From contig CM039009.1 of NCBI GenBank assembly GCA_017499595.2, positions 1,426,001 to 1,490,000 on the forward strand: a DNA stretch of 64,000 nt, read 5' to 3'. Shown here one piece after another: positions 45,947 through 59,199 of this stretch (position 1 is its first letter; each line of letters starts with the position of its first letter). The position numbers and the translations under genes were made by a program. The DNA comes from Psilocybe cubensis. Taxonomy: Eukaryota. The notes beneath the pieces were generated by a model. That model saw only the letters and a list, made by a program, of their open reading frames with translations, had not been told where the DNA came from and did not search any database.

Positions 45947-47208
45947 ATGGCTCCCAAAGTCAACAAACGGGCAAAAATTTCTGCTAAATCCAAACCATCC
46001 GTTGCTGGTCCAATTTCTACTGGATTAGGCCTGCAAGTTGATGCAACTTTCCCAATTAAAAAGTCCAAAGCCTTGCAGTTGCCCCTTGAATTGCTATTGG
46101 AAATCGTCACTTACTTCAACGCCTTCCCAAGTGAACCGGTTGGTTTCTACGATAGGCGTTACTTCGACCGTGAAGCTAGCAAATATCTCGAACGGACTGA
46201 TGCTCTTCGCAGTCTCTCTCAAACATGCAGGCTTTGGAGATATATTTTTCTCCCTTTGCTATGGGAGAGACTTGACGTGCTTGCGACACACTCTGAATCA
46301 GGAGCATGGTATCAAGTATTTGGCGAAACGTTGATCAGGAAGTGCTTCCTTGTCACAGAAAACAGGGATATTGCATCGCACGTACGGTAGGTTGAACCCT
46401 TCAAAAATAACGTCGTCTTCCATTGACCGTGACTTTCATCTCCAAAGGTCTGTGTCAGTAGTTCTTTCTCGCTATTCAGCTTCCACGGTGCTTCCTGCCT
46501 TTGTGCGTGGAATCGAGGCACTGCCGAACTTGAAAACACTCTATATTGCGACTGCCCACGACAAGATGTCAACGGCTCTCAAAACGGCGTTCGACGGGCA
46601 CGTTTTCTCCCAGATAGAAACCGCCATGCTTCCTACCTACGCCCATAATATCCTGAGATCGTGTCCCGAAGTCAAGAAAGTCGTTTGCGTCGATTTTATG
46701 GACGCAAGCAAATTAATCAGTGCAAATGCAAAGTGTTGCAAAAAGGTGGAAGAGATTGAACAGTTCGCGTTTGAGGGGGAGCGACAGATGAGACGTGCGT
46801 CATTCTTTAACGGCACAGAATGTAACATTTAATAATTGGCTTCAAATCACCTCAGGTCTGGTAAAGGCAGCACCGAACCTCCGCTCGATTAAATTTCAAC
46901 GCTCTATTGATGTGGTAAGCCAGCTCCACTATCTTATCTACTCGCCTTATTGATTGCCACAATTCAAGGCGATACTGAAGCCTCTTGCTGCATTGAGAAA
47001 CCTATCTCATATCACCTTGCAATCTAGTTGTACGACATTTGAAGACGCATTGAATCATAGCTCGGAGATGGCCTGTGTTAAAGCGGCAAAAGACATTCTG
47101 AAACAGTCCAAATTTGACGGTCCAAAGTCTCTGGTGCTAGAACACTACTCAAGTATTTATATTAGAACCCACGATCAGAGGATGTGGTCAGAAAGAATTG
47201 ACTTGTAA
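45947..47208 (+). CDS. F-box-like/LRR-type protein, 4 exons (inverted paralog of 4865..6100)
   Basis: ALQLPLELLLEIVTYF...LRSLSQTCRLWRYIFLPLLW; same exon boundaries as 4865..6100. Confidence 0.8.
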
Positions 47209-48119
47209 CTTGGTTAAACGGTCATAAATTTGTTTTTTAAAAAATTAATTCAGCCTCGCATATCAATGGACCTCGGATTTGTTGTGCATTATGAAAGAGA
47301 ATATAAAATTTCTATCTTTCAGGATTTATCTTCATATGTTGTAATCAATTTCCACTCATATATGTGGCTGTTATGATTTATCACAGGCTAGTTGCAACTT
47401 GTACTGGTATGATGGATCGTACGGTTATTCTAAAAATAACATCATCACCTTCACCTTATCCACTTGACGAAGAGGCTGCGGTCAGTATCAATGATCATGC
47501 GTTGGAGTCCGCGATTTTGATAAATATGATGCACAGGAAGAAAATCCACATCTTTCATTGAATTAAAGGAATGCCCGAGTTCGCCATCCAGTGCAAGCGG
47601 TGTATGAATGTAAGCGTTAAGACGTCATAGCCGACACCGCCCACACCGTCAAAAGGTTGAGTTATATAACATCTGAGCATTGACTGATTTTAATCATGGG
47701 CATGATCATCATTAGGGGCTTTTTATATGGCCACGCTCCTCGGCACCATTTAATTTAAAACATTTTTATTGGTACTATAGTTATGAGCATAGATATGCCT
47801 ATCCGCGAAGTACGAAGTGAGTTGAAAGGAAAGGATTTAGATATGGGGGGCGACGTTTAAGACGATGAAGACAAAATAGCGAGTCATTACGGACGAAGGG
47901 GGTATGATAAAAACCATAAATGAAAGGAAAAAGGAAGCCTCTTCCTAAGAGCGTGAAGTGGGGATATATGCACAAGATAGATGGCGATAACAAAAAACGC
48001 AGCAAAAAGAAAAAAAAGACAGCGAGAGCTAGCCCGTACGCACACAACGAACGCTCCACACCAATGGTAAAACTCATACACACACGAATATCGTACAAAT
48101 TCCTTCCCTCCGGCACGAC

Positions 48120-49673
48120 TCAAAGCCTCAGCCCAGGCGGTCGGTTGGCGGTGTTTCCAAGAGCCCTGGTTGTCATGTCGTTGCTCGCCCTGCTGCGAAT
48201 GCGGGGACCTGCGGGGCCGCCCAGGGGCGAACGTACGGAATTCGGCCGGGGTACTTGCTGCTGCCCCTGCTGAGCTGAAGTTGTGGAATGTGTAGCAGGA
48301 ACAGTGGCAAAGCGCGAAGGAGTGGGCTGCATTGGATTCGATGCTACGCGTTTGGGAGCATGTGGCTGAGGCTGAGGCTGAGGCTGAGGTTGCGATTGCG
48401 ATCGTGTCTGCGACTGACTTCGGGATTGAGGTTGGGAATCCACTGTCGGTGGCTTGGATGGCGTCGAAGGCCGTGACATATTCTCAGGAGGGATGCTGGG
48501 CAGTCGACGTCCCTGCCTTGACGGGGTCCCTTCCCTTGAGGGAGCCGTGCTGGTTGAATGCGACCTGGAGACCGGAAGGGCAGGAGATTGTGCCCTGGCG
48601 TATGGCGGGGGCGCTGTCATGCGTAAGGGGCGGCCGCGTTCAGAACTGTTCGGAAGAGATGCAGCCGGCTCAGGTGCTGACTCCGTTCGACCTGCCGGCT
48701 TATCCTCTTCCCTCATTGGAGATGGAGAGCGAGGAAGGTCCGGAGGCGTCGGTGGCCGAGACTCCGAAAATGAAGTGAAGGATGGAGGGTCAAGACCTGG
48801 CGGAGGAACGGAGGAGGAACGTTTCGTATTGCGGGTGAGCGTTTCATCAGTGCCAGACGTGGGACTGAGCAACGATATTGGACGGGCTGCATGTCTTGGC
48901 GATGGCACCTGTAACAATGGCGTTTTCAGCCGTGCAGACTTTGGTTGCATCCGTCGACCATTGATGTCCAACCTAGGCGAGTCTGGAAAGATACCATACC
49001 ACTCAAGGAAACTCAATGTAGCTGAGGCCGAGTAAATGTTGACAGGTGATGGTGATATTTCTCCAGCATTGTTGGGGGCGATGGAAGACGTCTGCAAATG
49101 TAGCGGCGTGTTGAGGGTACCATTTGTGCTACTGGTAGAGGGCGGAGAGAGAGCGGAGGAATGGGGAATTGGACGAATATGGTGTGGAATCCCGCCAGAA
49201 TCAAGAATTTTGGATAGCTGCTGTTGTATTTCGGTCGAAAAGTCTTCGTTGGAGTTTTCGAAGAGGGCAGCAAGAGAAATAGGACGCATGCCGGTTTTCT
49301 TACCGATGCTTTTCCAGGTATCACGCCTAGCCAGCGATCCCTGGCTGGATGTGGGTGTCGTGATGAGATGGGCAGCTTTGTCCGTCGGGGTTGAAGGTGA
49401 ATCATCGGAGTCGTCAAAGCGTAGCTTGTTAGGCTCGACCCCAGCCCTGAATTTCTCAATTTCCTCCGCTAGCCAGGCGAGCTGGTCGACATCCTCGGGA
49501 AAATCCCCCTCATCTCCGTCTGTTTCCTCCCAAGAATCAGGGTCATTGAAGATCCTTTCTGCAATGGCGCTTCCTGGTATGCTGCTGAGTGAGCCGCTTC
49601 CAAAGGGTGAAGGTGACAATACGGGAGAGTCCAGAACGTCGAGGTCGGGGTAGTTGAATCGTCCTCTCAACAT
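48120..49673 (-). CDS. Pro/Ser-rich, largely disordered hypothetical protein, single exon, 517 aa
   Basis: Long ATG-initiated ORF with short ordered-looking blocks (LAWLAEEIEK, RPISLAALF, TLSFLEWYGIFPDSP) and a QP repeat. Confidence 0.75.
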   Translation of the reverse strand: MLRGRFNYPDLDVLDSPVLSPSPFGSGSLSSIPGSAIAERIFNDPDSWEETDGDEGDFPEDVDQLAWLAEEIEKFRAGVEPNKLRFDDSDDSPSTPTDKAAHLITTPTSSQGSLARRDTWKSIGKKTGMRPISLAALFENSNEDFSTEIQQQLSKILDSGGIPHHIRPIPHSSALSPPSTSSTNGTLNTPLHLQTSSIAPNNAGEISPSPVNIYSASATLSFLEWYGIFPDSPRLDINGRRMQPKSARLKTPLLQVPSPRHAARPISLLSPTSGTDETLTRNTKRSSSVPPPGLDPPSFTSFSESRPPTPPDLPRSPSPMREEDKPAGRTESAPEPAASLPNSSERGRPLRMTAPPPYARAQSPALPVSRSHSTSTAPSREGTPSRQGRRLPSIPPENMSRPSTPSKPPTVDSQPQSRSQSQTRSQSQPQPQPQPQPHAPKRVASNPMQPTPSRFATVPATHSTTSAQQGQQQVPRPNSVRSPLGGPAGPRIRSRASNDMTTRALGNTANRPPGLRL

Positions 49674-50804
49674 GATTGTAAAGATAAGAATCTGAATGAA
49701 GGGATGTCGGTACTACAGTTCCAGACTGTCGACGGTGAATGGTACCGGTCAGTAGAAAAGAGTAAGAGACTGATAAACTACCAGAAAACGGTATTGAAGC
49801 GAGGGTAGAAGTATTGGATTAAGCAAAGAGGATAAGTAATGCTTGTGTGGTAACAACGTTTGGCACAGCCGCAAACTGATGCCGGTGAAACTCGTTTGTC
49901 AGACCCTTTAATTGCCTTGTATGGGTCGGATCCATTGGGCGCTTTCCATCAGCTTCCTTACCCGCTTCTCCTGGCTTCTCTAACGCGATCACAATGCCTA
50001 AAAATATATCTGGCACGTTTGTCTCCACACTGATATTCACATCCTTCAGATTGCCGGATGGTAGCATTGAATCATAGTTTTTGCTAGGTGGTGTGATCAA
50101 AGTAAACGCACTAGTACAACTTGAAGGGCCCATTGATTACACCACTAGTTGATTACTATCTTTCTCACTTCCAAGTTGAGTGATTATAATTACGACGGAG
50201 TCGGACGTCCGGACCTCATTGAAACATGCGCAAAAGGTCCCGCTCCCGCTATGGATTGACGCAGGATTGACGTGTACTGCGTGTACCTAGCTCGGTGTCC
50301 ATCGTCGCTAGAAAATAATCACAAAAATGTGATTGCTTGTTATGAGACACATCCCCTGCGGCACTTTCTATGTAAAGCTTGATGTTGGTGCGTTCTCCCT
50401 TGCTCAACTCCACGCAATGTTCTGATAAAACAAACGCAGTACATTTTTGACAACCTTGTGTGTGCTCGCCAGTTTTTGTCATCCTGCCGAACCGCTTTCG
50501 TGATAGAAATGATACTACCCGAACACACCGCATAGAGACAGCATTTCCACTTCATGATGTCAGCTCCAATGTGATTTATGACTAATACATCGCAGCGGCC
50601 AGATCGACAATCCCTTTTATTTTGCTACGTATTTTTAGAATAGCACAGGATGGTTGCAGGACCTAATTCACATGAGCGTCAGTTGTACAATTTCTACAGC
50701 CTCGAATCCAGTTCTGGACTTGGCATGAAAATGCTTTTTTGGCAGGTTTACATTTCTTATGTTACTCTCCAATTTTTAGTTCTTTCATCATATCGTTGCC
50801 ATCA

Positions 50805-51323
50805 CTATTCCATCTCGTGAGTTGGAAAATGGAGTTTGAATGTGGGGTAATTATATTGTCGATATATGGGTGTAAGCAATGTTGGACATGTTCCGTCGCC
50901 TGTGCCAGTAATTATGCACGTCGGTGTCTTCCTTTCGCTGTCGTCAATTACACTTACTGTAATGATATATCCGCGTTGAGCACATCGAGCTGCGCAACAT
51001 GACTGCCAAACCTCTAGATCAATTTCAGAGATACAATCACACTCGACGTCAATATCGATCATTTCCATAGTAGCAATCCTGGGGTTAAAAGATACATTGG
51101 GGATATGGATGTGTAGAGCATGTCTCAGTGGACATAGAGGCGACCTCGGAAGTGTGAAGGGACATTCAATGGGCAACGATTCGGTGGCAAGGCACGAGGC
51201 AGTTCTGTGCAGAGACAAAGGTCTTTTCGGCCAGAAGTTCTCAACATCCACCGGTAGTGCTGCAACAGAGATACCACCAGAAGAGTTCCTGTACCTCAGG
51301 TGCGCTTCACCATTCAAAGCCAT
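50805..51323 (-). CDS. Hypothetical Cys-rich protein, 172 aa
   Basis: ATG-initiated single ORF with protein-like composition; no family recognised. Confidence 0.35.
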   Translation of the reverse strand: MALNGEAHLRYRNSSGGISVAALPVDVENFWPKRPLSLHRTASCLATESLPIECPFTLPRSPLCPLRHALHIHIPNVSFNPRIATMEMIDIDVECDCISEIDLEVWQSCCAARCAQRGYIITVSVIDDSERKTPTCIITGTGDGTCPTLLTPIYRQYNYPTFKLHFPTHEME

Positions 51324-51925
51324 CTCATGTTATCTCCAAGCCGTAGCAAATCTTGAATGAATAGGGGTTCTGTATACGAATGGTTGAACGACAGTAGTGA
51401 AGTGTTGCTTGTCGACGAGGAGGCAGTAGGCGTTATAGACCAGTCGGATTAAGGAGATTAAGCAGCGTTAGGCGGTTCCTTTGGTGCTCGAGCAGGGCCG
51501 CAAAGGGTATCCTTACACGTCAGCAAGGTTGGGGCTGTTGAAAACGACTGCTCGCGACGGCAGGCCAAGCAGGTTAGCATCACTACGAATCTATTTCAGC
51601 GTTGAATACGATAGGTGATTAAGCGGGGCGTCGAGAGCGAGACGAAGGTGATTGTGCGGAATCTCGGGAGTGTGATGTTACAGCTTGAGCATGCATTGAA
51701 ACATGACTTGAATTTCCATGAAAAAAGTCCAATCACTGCAATCACTCGGCAAGCTGTTCCGTCTGGAAAACGCCGAATATTCTCACGTAGAGAGATCCAA
51801 AGATCATTGACGACATTCGTGGCGCGTTCGTTTGCGCTTCACCTGTGAGCTCCAATATTTCACAAGTCATTTATTGTTGCTACTACAGAGTTTTGATTTG
51901 GTAATATTAAGGGCATTACCAAACT

Positions 51926-52700
51926 TTAAAGGGACGCCAAAACAGACTGGGCGCTCGTGACGGTGACGTTGGGTGGCGCCTCCTCGACAGCAACGGAAAC
52001 AACTTTGTCTCCTTCAGTAACAATGGCAAAGCGCTGAAAAAAATGACATGGTACAATTAAACACCCGTATCCTCTGAATGAAGCAATGAAACTTACTTTT
52101 GAGCGTATTCCCCCCAACAAACCAGACGCATCAAAGGCAAGACCGACAGAGCTGACGAACGAAGCTTTATCATCGGCAATAAAATGAATAGCTGTTGGTT
52201 TAACGATTAGGTACGAGTCAAATAGAATAATGAGACGCTTCTCACGAGTTCCGTTGGGTGCTAGTTTCTCCTTCCACGCTCTAATCGCTTGAAGTTAGCA
52301 AAGGTTTTCGTCAGCCAATCAATTCAACACACTTGGTCACAAAGGTGTCGTTGACGCCAAAGATGTATATGGCATTTACACCTTTTGCCTTGAACTCTTC
52401 GTAGCTTTCGATGAATGGGGGAATGTGTCCATTGCATGGGGTTGTGAAGGCTCCAGGCACTCCAATCTACAGTACCATTCCTTTAGCGATCGTGGTTTCC
52501 CATTTGTATTCGGGTCCAGGGTACTTAGGACTTACGAGAACATTCTTTCCGGTGAGAACTAAAGGCACTGTCTGGTCAGGGGCATCCTCTTTGATCTCGG
52601 TTTTTGGAATGGTGTCTCCAGGGTTGATTTGAGCATGCGCAAGTAGAGAGGCGACAAAACTGTGCGCAGCTTCTCCAGCAGATGCAATAATAGAGGACAT
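51926..52700 (-). CDS. Peroxiredoxin, Prx5/Ahp1/Pmp20 (redoxin) family
   Basis: GKNVL/IGVPGAFTTPCNGHIP (PxxxTxxC active site), GVNDTFVTKAWK, FIADD, RSKRFAIV. Confidence 0.93.
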
Positions 52701-53224
52701 GATGATAATGGGTAGGGATATGGGAAGGCTGAGCTCTGCACCCCAGGCTTGGGGCCTCTTTAAATCACTCAGAGAAGAAGGCGTAATCGGTGGCTATACT
52801 CGCGATTTAAAGATAACTCGGTGATTGCCACCTAACTTTGTTGATGAGGCTCCTGCATACCATGCTGGAAAGACAAAGAAGTCTCGAGAACCACGCTTGA
52901 GCTCTGAACCTCCGAATGTACAATGGCTTGTATATCTCAAGCGTGCTGCAATGTTTGGCTGACTGCCTAATTTCAATAAAATATCGCTAATGAGCCACAT
53001 GAGAAGCATGAGTAATCGATGGCAAATCGTGACTTGCGGGAGGAATAGTATGGGAGTTGCATTGCCTCATAATTCACAAGCCAGCCAATAGGGCCGACCC
53101 AACAAATAACGGTTCACGCAGTCTAGAATAGATAGAGAACCATGAAGATCTATAAATAGGTGCCAAGCGTTGCTTGAACTTAAGTTAGAGACGCCTGATT
53201 TCTGCGTTCCTAGTGTTATCGCTC

Positions 53225-54877
53225 TTAGCTACTAAACGCTGGCGCAGGCATGGGATTGAGCGGGATGACATTCCGCATCTGGCGAGAAATGGCGCGCAAT
53301 TGACGACTAGTCGTCGGGACACCATGCTCTCTAAGTTGTATAATGCTAGAACGCGCTACGGCTTCAACAAAATTAGTCAAGTACTAAAATACACTATACT
53401 TACAATCTGCAGGCCTACAGTATGCAATCATTCAGCAAGAAAAATAGTCTATAAAAAGGAGAATAATGCGGACCAGAACATTGGGGAGTATCAAGATGGT
53501 AGAGAACGCAAATGCGCCTGCACTATCAATATGCCTTATTGAATCGAAGAGTCAATTCTCATTGGGTGAAATAAATTACAAGACCTACTTCAAAAGAGTA
53601 ATGACTGCTAACAAATTTATTCCAAGCATTAAAGCATAGAATACGAAGCCTAGTAAGCCGCTTAGATATTATTCGTAAGGAAATATTCAAGTTGATAAAT
53701 ACGTACACTGTCGAAGGAAGAGCTTTCCCAATTTGCCGTACAGGCTCTTTGTACGAAAGCAGTGCTATGTAGAGGGTTAGTATCGTCGGTTGCAAAGGAA
53801 TTATGCCTACCATGCCCACAACAGTAACGCCAACTGTATCGAGTATCATAGCTGATGCCTTGGCGTCAAAATTAATCATTTCCCTCCACAACTAGTACAC
53901 CCTGACTTACAGCAACAACCTATACACGTACAATATAATTACTGTCAACAGAACGTTACGGAGAAAACTTACAGCATAAGCGGTTCTGTTCTTCTTATTC
54001 CTCCTGAAGCACCCATCCTGTATTATTATCGTAGAAAACGTGCCAGTATTGCGAAGATTGCCAGTGAAGGCCCATAGGTCTACCGCTAGAAACCCTAGTA
54101 GAAATATCAACAAGATCGCCAAGGTCGCTCTTTCTCGCCCACAAAAGGTCCACGAACGTAGAACGAGTATGCAGTGGGGAAAAAATTGCTTCAAGGCGTG
54201 TGTCAAGATGAGATAAATTGAGTCAGTTTTAGATCCCTTGCCTTTATGTGGAGTGTTGTCGTACCAGTGGAAGATATGTTATTTGCACAACGGTTGCCAT
54301 TACCGCGCAGGTATGAGATTCAAGTTTAGAGACAGTAGTCCAGACGGTCATAGGCCAAAGGAGTAAGGGGAGGTAGCGGCAAATTAGATAAAGTACTTTT
54401 GTTATAGTCCATCTCGACTGATAAATCTAGACGTCCGGCTTCAAGTTCAAATGCTAGACCTAGTCTTATGTTGAGCAGTGACGTACATGACTGTACTCTT
54501 GGTCAAATCTTTATGAAATCCATCCAGAATTATTTTTACACAGCCAGGATAAGGGATGAAGTGACTTACAGTAGCAAGACATCCAACACAGGGATAACAT
54601 CTACGGAATTGGAGCATGGGTCATGTTGATGTTGTTAAACGTCAGCAATTAAATGAATATCGAACTCCCTCACAAATGGCTGTTATTGAAAGTTTTTTAA
54701 GGTCAATATACCGGATGGCGCGGGCGAGTTGAAACTGATGGTTCACGATACTAACCGACAGACGTGTAGCGAATTCTTTTATGACAACATCAGCACCGGC
54801 GCTAGTATGGTTTAAAGAGATTGAACCTACGCTCTTGCTTCAAAGTAGAATTCCATTGGAACATGGGATGTCACCAT
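53225..54877 (-). CDS. DUF6533-type membrane protein (5' structure uncertain)
   Basis: VLDVLLL/FDQEYSH/IYQSRWTITKVLYLICRY; QFFPHCILVLRSWTFCGR; CFRTKSLYGKLGKLFLRQ; IIQLREHGVPTTSRQLRAISRQ. Confidence 0.7.
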
Positions 54878-57183
54878 GGTTTCACCTTTTTCTCTCTTAT
54901 TTGAATGGAAAACTTTATCTCGTAGATAACTGGCAGTACGTGGCTCAGCAGAAGATCCTGAAAAACAAAGATCAGCGGCATGTAATTGGGCAAACGACAT
55001 TGCTAACAAACTTGCTCGACGGGTGGTGTTGTCAAACCTTTGTTATAGATTCACGGCAGTGGAGTAAAGGAAGGCATTGCAGGAAATTAGCTGCTGGCAG
55101 CTTTTATAGTGGCTAACACGTAAGTAGATCGGTGAATATAAATTATCTATATTGACTAGGTATGAAGCCGTTGAAGAATAGTGATTCGGTCAGGAGCACC
55201 TATTAATAGTTAAGGGTCGGTACTCTATAGTGGAGATTATTTTTGGACTACGAGGACTCGAGGAGCAAGCCAGTGCGATAACTTATGGTCAAGATGTAAC
55301 TTAACAATGTATACATGCAACAGGAGGGACACCATGACTGGCAAGAACATTCGATTATTGAAACGGTTACAAGACCAAAGAAGAAAAACGCAAGTATGTA
55401 CTATTTAGTTCTACACGAACTGAATTACGAGAATAGGATCAGGTACCCACATAAGCAGTTAGGTTAAGTTATGTGGTGAAACACCATCCAGATGCAATTG
55501 AAAATTTGAAATACAGGTCAATCACCTGCTTATGTGTTCTGAAAAGTTGAGAGTGAGCCTAAACGTAGAACTGGAACTTCCTGTAAATATTAATAGGAGC
55601 TATGTTTCTGTACCTTTTTATTCAGACATAGTCTGGCAGCGCTACTAATATTACTTCCCCCAATATAATCGTCGATGGTTACACTACTACTCCGCATCTC
55701 ACTGTGAATCCAGGGATCAAGGCCGCAAAGTAGGTTGCATTCAGCTTACTTATTCGGAATCGCTCCTCATCATCGAATTCCTAATACGCATTAATCCCTC
55801 GTCTACCCGGATGGGGAAAAGGATATGGGGCGTAGGCCGCCTAGTGACGAGTCGCGACCCACGAACTAGACGCCCTACGAGGCTCGAGCAGACATTGGGA
55901 GTTAATACCTTGACAATGTCATGAAATGGTAGCCATTCCCCACAACTAGCGTCAGGGGATAGTGTGCATGAGGTGTCGAGGACTTGAGGACTCGAGGAGG
56001 GCAGATACAGATTCCCCAATGGGAATATTGCGACACTGAGAAACAAGAATGTACATACATACATAAATGTTCAAATTCACTTGCATGAGTCCAAACTACA
56101 GGCTTTCTCGGTTGCGTCAGTAGTAACTGTAAGTACCGACACCGACAACGCTGAGTGTTTTTGAGTTTATAAGTTATAACTTACGAGGGAACAACCGGTT
56201 TGACCTTCAGAACAGCGTTGTAAACCTGCAATCTGCGATCTTCAATCTGCATCGTCACTCGGACTTGTACAATGTGTACGACCGCCACATGATGTTTAAA
56301 ACAAAACCCCAGAACAACGTTTCATGTACATGTTCATGTTCAGTTCTTCTATAGAAGATGTGTACATACATACCCTAAACTTTAAATTCTAAAGAGTATC
56401 GACTGAATTAGAAATTAGGAACTTCGAAAGTACTAACATTTTCGGTTTCGGACCTGCCACATTCACAAGTGCAGAGTAACGACAATGATGGCGTAGATAA
56501 ATAGATATTGTAACCATCGCCAAGTCTGTTCAGTTATCAGGGGTGGGACAACTCCGACTTCACTGATCAAGCCGTCGGGGCCCGAAGTCGAACCTCGAAC
56601 TCGACAGCGAGACAAAGAGGGTAGGGTAGGGAGGGAGGGTAGGGAGGTAGATAATAACCAACGCTAAGCCCAACCCACCATCCCAACCCCCAACGCAGGG
56701 CCGGTGGGCGTTGCGTGTTGAGTGTAGTACGTGAAGATTCGAGAAGGACCGAATTCGGTGTGGCTGAGTGGTGGCGTGGTGGCGTCGTAACCCCCTCGTA
56801 ACTGGCCGGTTTGGTCTGTGGATCGTGGGCGTGGATCGTGGTCGTGGATCGTGGGTGTAAGAGTAGGATTTACAGCATGCACTCGCAACCGCATAGCCTA
56901 TCCTGCAGATAACATCATCATCAGTCACTGCTCCCAAAACAATTCGCATATTTTTCAATATATTTGAACAGGCTCACGTACAATTCTGTCGATAATGGGC
57001 AAATGTCCGAAGTCTGAAAGAAGTCGTAACGAGAATTTTTTAAATGTCCGTGTCCATGTCCATGTATAGCAAGGCTATATGCGAATCGTTCTGAACAGAG
57101 TCGAAAACGGGCCGAGGCGGCGCAGACGCATACGCAGAGTTTAGAGACGGTATCTCTAAGCTCACTCCCTCAGGCCTTAGGCC

Positions 57184-59199
57184 TCAAGCTGGAGAGGAAG
57201 GAGAGGAAGGAGGGGAGGAAGGATAACTATCCGCTGGAATTTTCGCAGCACTTTCCGCACTTTCGTCTAAAAGGATATCCCGCCGAATCTGTTTCGATAC
57301 GAGGCGGAGCTGCTGTGTTTTGGTTTGACCGCCACCTGAATGTTCTCGGAGTTGGATTATGCTGCAAAAAATGGCAAAAAAATAGAAAAGGATGTCAAAT
57401 ATAAATATTTTGATGATGATGATAAGTAGTGGAAGTGGACACGTACAATCGACATGCCTATAATTCACGTTCACGAGTAAGCTAACCATTTCAAAAAGAA
57501 AAAAAGACAGACTAATTTTTCTTACCAAGATATTAGGAAGCATGACAACGTTGACGTATGATATACCACCCAGTCCTTCCGTAGGCCTGAATTGCACAAA
57601 ATTAGCCAACAGGGTAGGGATTAAATAGTAGATACTAACTCGAAAAATAAGATGAGAGCTAAAATGTAAATTCCCAACATCGACATGAAGAATACAAGGC
57701 CTGTTGTATAGATAGGATCAATCATGAATCACCATTCAACATCCGTCACGCTTGGTACTTGGTACTTGGGATGGTACCACTACCACTACCACAATACAGC
57801 ATAATACAACAGAACTACTCACATTGTCGTAGAAAGAGCTTGCCGAGCTGTCCGTATACAATGCCCGTTCGGTAACAATACTGCGGAAAGCAAAAGCAAA
57901 GAAATTGTCACGCAAAGTCAGGAAAACGGGTTCGCATGTAACAGAGGGACAAAAATGTGAAACGCACCACGACAATCACGAGTAATCCAGCTGCATCAAC
58001 TAACATCCCGGACATCTAACCAACCAGAACAAAAAAATAATCAATTTGCCGATTCTCATCATTCCAATATTCAATCCGGACTCGGCCAACTTACGACGTT
58101 ACCCTGTATAACGACAACAAAAATGCAAGTGCAAATGCGAGATTGAGCATGTACTCCGGTCAGCAAACGATTACGATTTAGAGAAAGGCGGTGGTTCAAG
58201 AGCAAGAGTAGATGGGGAAATTTCAACAGTGATAAAGAAAACTTCAACTCACCAAAATCGTCGACTTATTAAGCGGATAAGTCTGAAAACACCCCGGCTT
58301 CTCAATGGGCTTATAAAACTTGATATTCTGGACCACAGCCGTGAACGCCCAGATCTCGACGCTCAGGCAACAGGCGAGGCAGGTTAGGAGGAAGGAGAGA
58401 GTGAGTTTTGTGCGGCCGCTGAATGTCCATGCGCGGAGGACGAGGACGCAGTGCGGGGTGAATTGCTGGGAGGGGGATGGGCAAGTAATACGCAAAGATA
58501 TGATGTAGATATATGTGCAACCCCATGGAAATGAGCAGGTTAGTTTTGATATTGATGGTGATGGAGGACAGGACTGGAGTGTGGAATAGAAAGGGAAGGG
58601 GAAGAGAAAACCAAACACATACCAAAAAAATCACAAAAAGCTGCTGCCACACCGCATTAAACATACACACCGTGCCACTGGTGCGGAAGATGAATGTCCA
58701 GAGGGAGAGGGGCCAGGCGAGGAGCGGGCAGAAGCGGCAGATGAGGTAGAGGATTTTGAGGGTGTTCCAGCGCGAGCGGTAGATCTGTGGGCAAACAGGA
58801 CAGGGTTAGTGTGTGTGTTTGATGAGAACGACGACGACCCGCGTTGCATTGCATGTGCGGGTGGTTTGGGGAAGGTTGACACTTGCATAGCGGATTTCTT
58901 TATCGAGTCTAGTCAGGAACAACGTCATTTATACATAAGTGGTTATTGACAAAGTGATGCGGTAGTACTCACAATAGCAGAAAATCATACACGGACAGAA
59001 TATCTGTGCGATGTATCACGGTTCATCAGCACCTTTCCGTGAATCTCATAGTGCGGAAAAAGATAGTTACATGTGCCTGTAGAGATACACGCGTCCAACG
59101 AAACGCGTCAATGTTAGTGAGAGTTTCAGAATTAGGCGTGAGGGTGCTGACCAGCGACAGTATACCTAATACTATACCCCACACTTCGTAAGTAACCAT
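57184..59199 (-). CDS. DUF6533-type membrane protein, tandem paralog of 53225..54877 with longer introns
   Basis: VYDFLLL/LDKEIRY/IYRSRWNTLKILYLICRF; QFTPHCVLVLRAWTFSGR; CYRTGIVYGQLGKLFLRQ; IIQLREHSGGGQTKTQQLRLVSKQ. Confidence 0.7.

Noticed and set aside
55700-56080. Possible solo LTR or transposon relic (GC-rich island with a TGAAT..ATTCA-like boundary; 14-bp match GAGGACTCGAGGAG to ~55250)
   Set aside because: No TSD and no convincing termini; needs a genome-wide repeat search.
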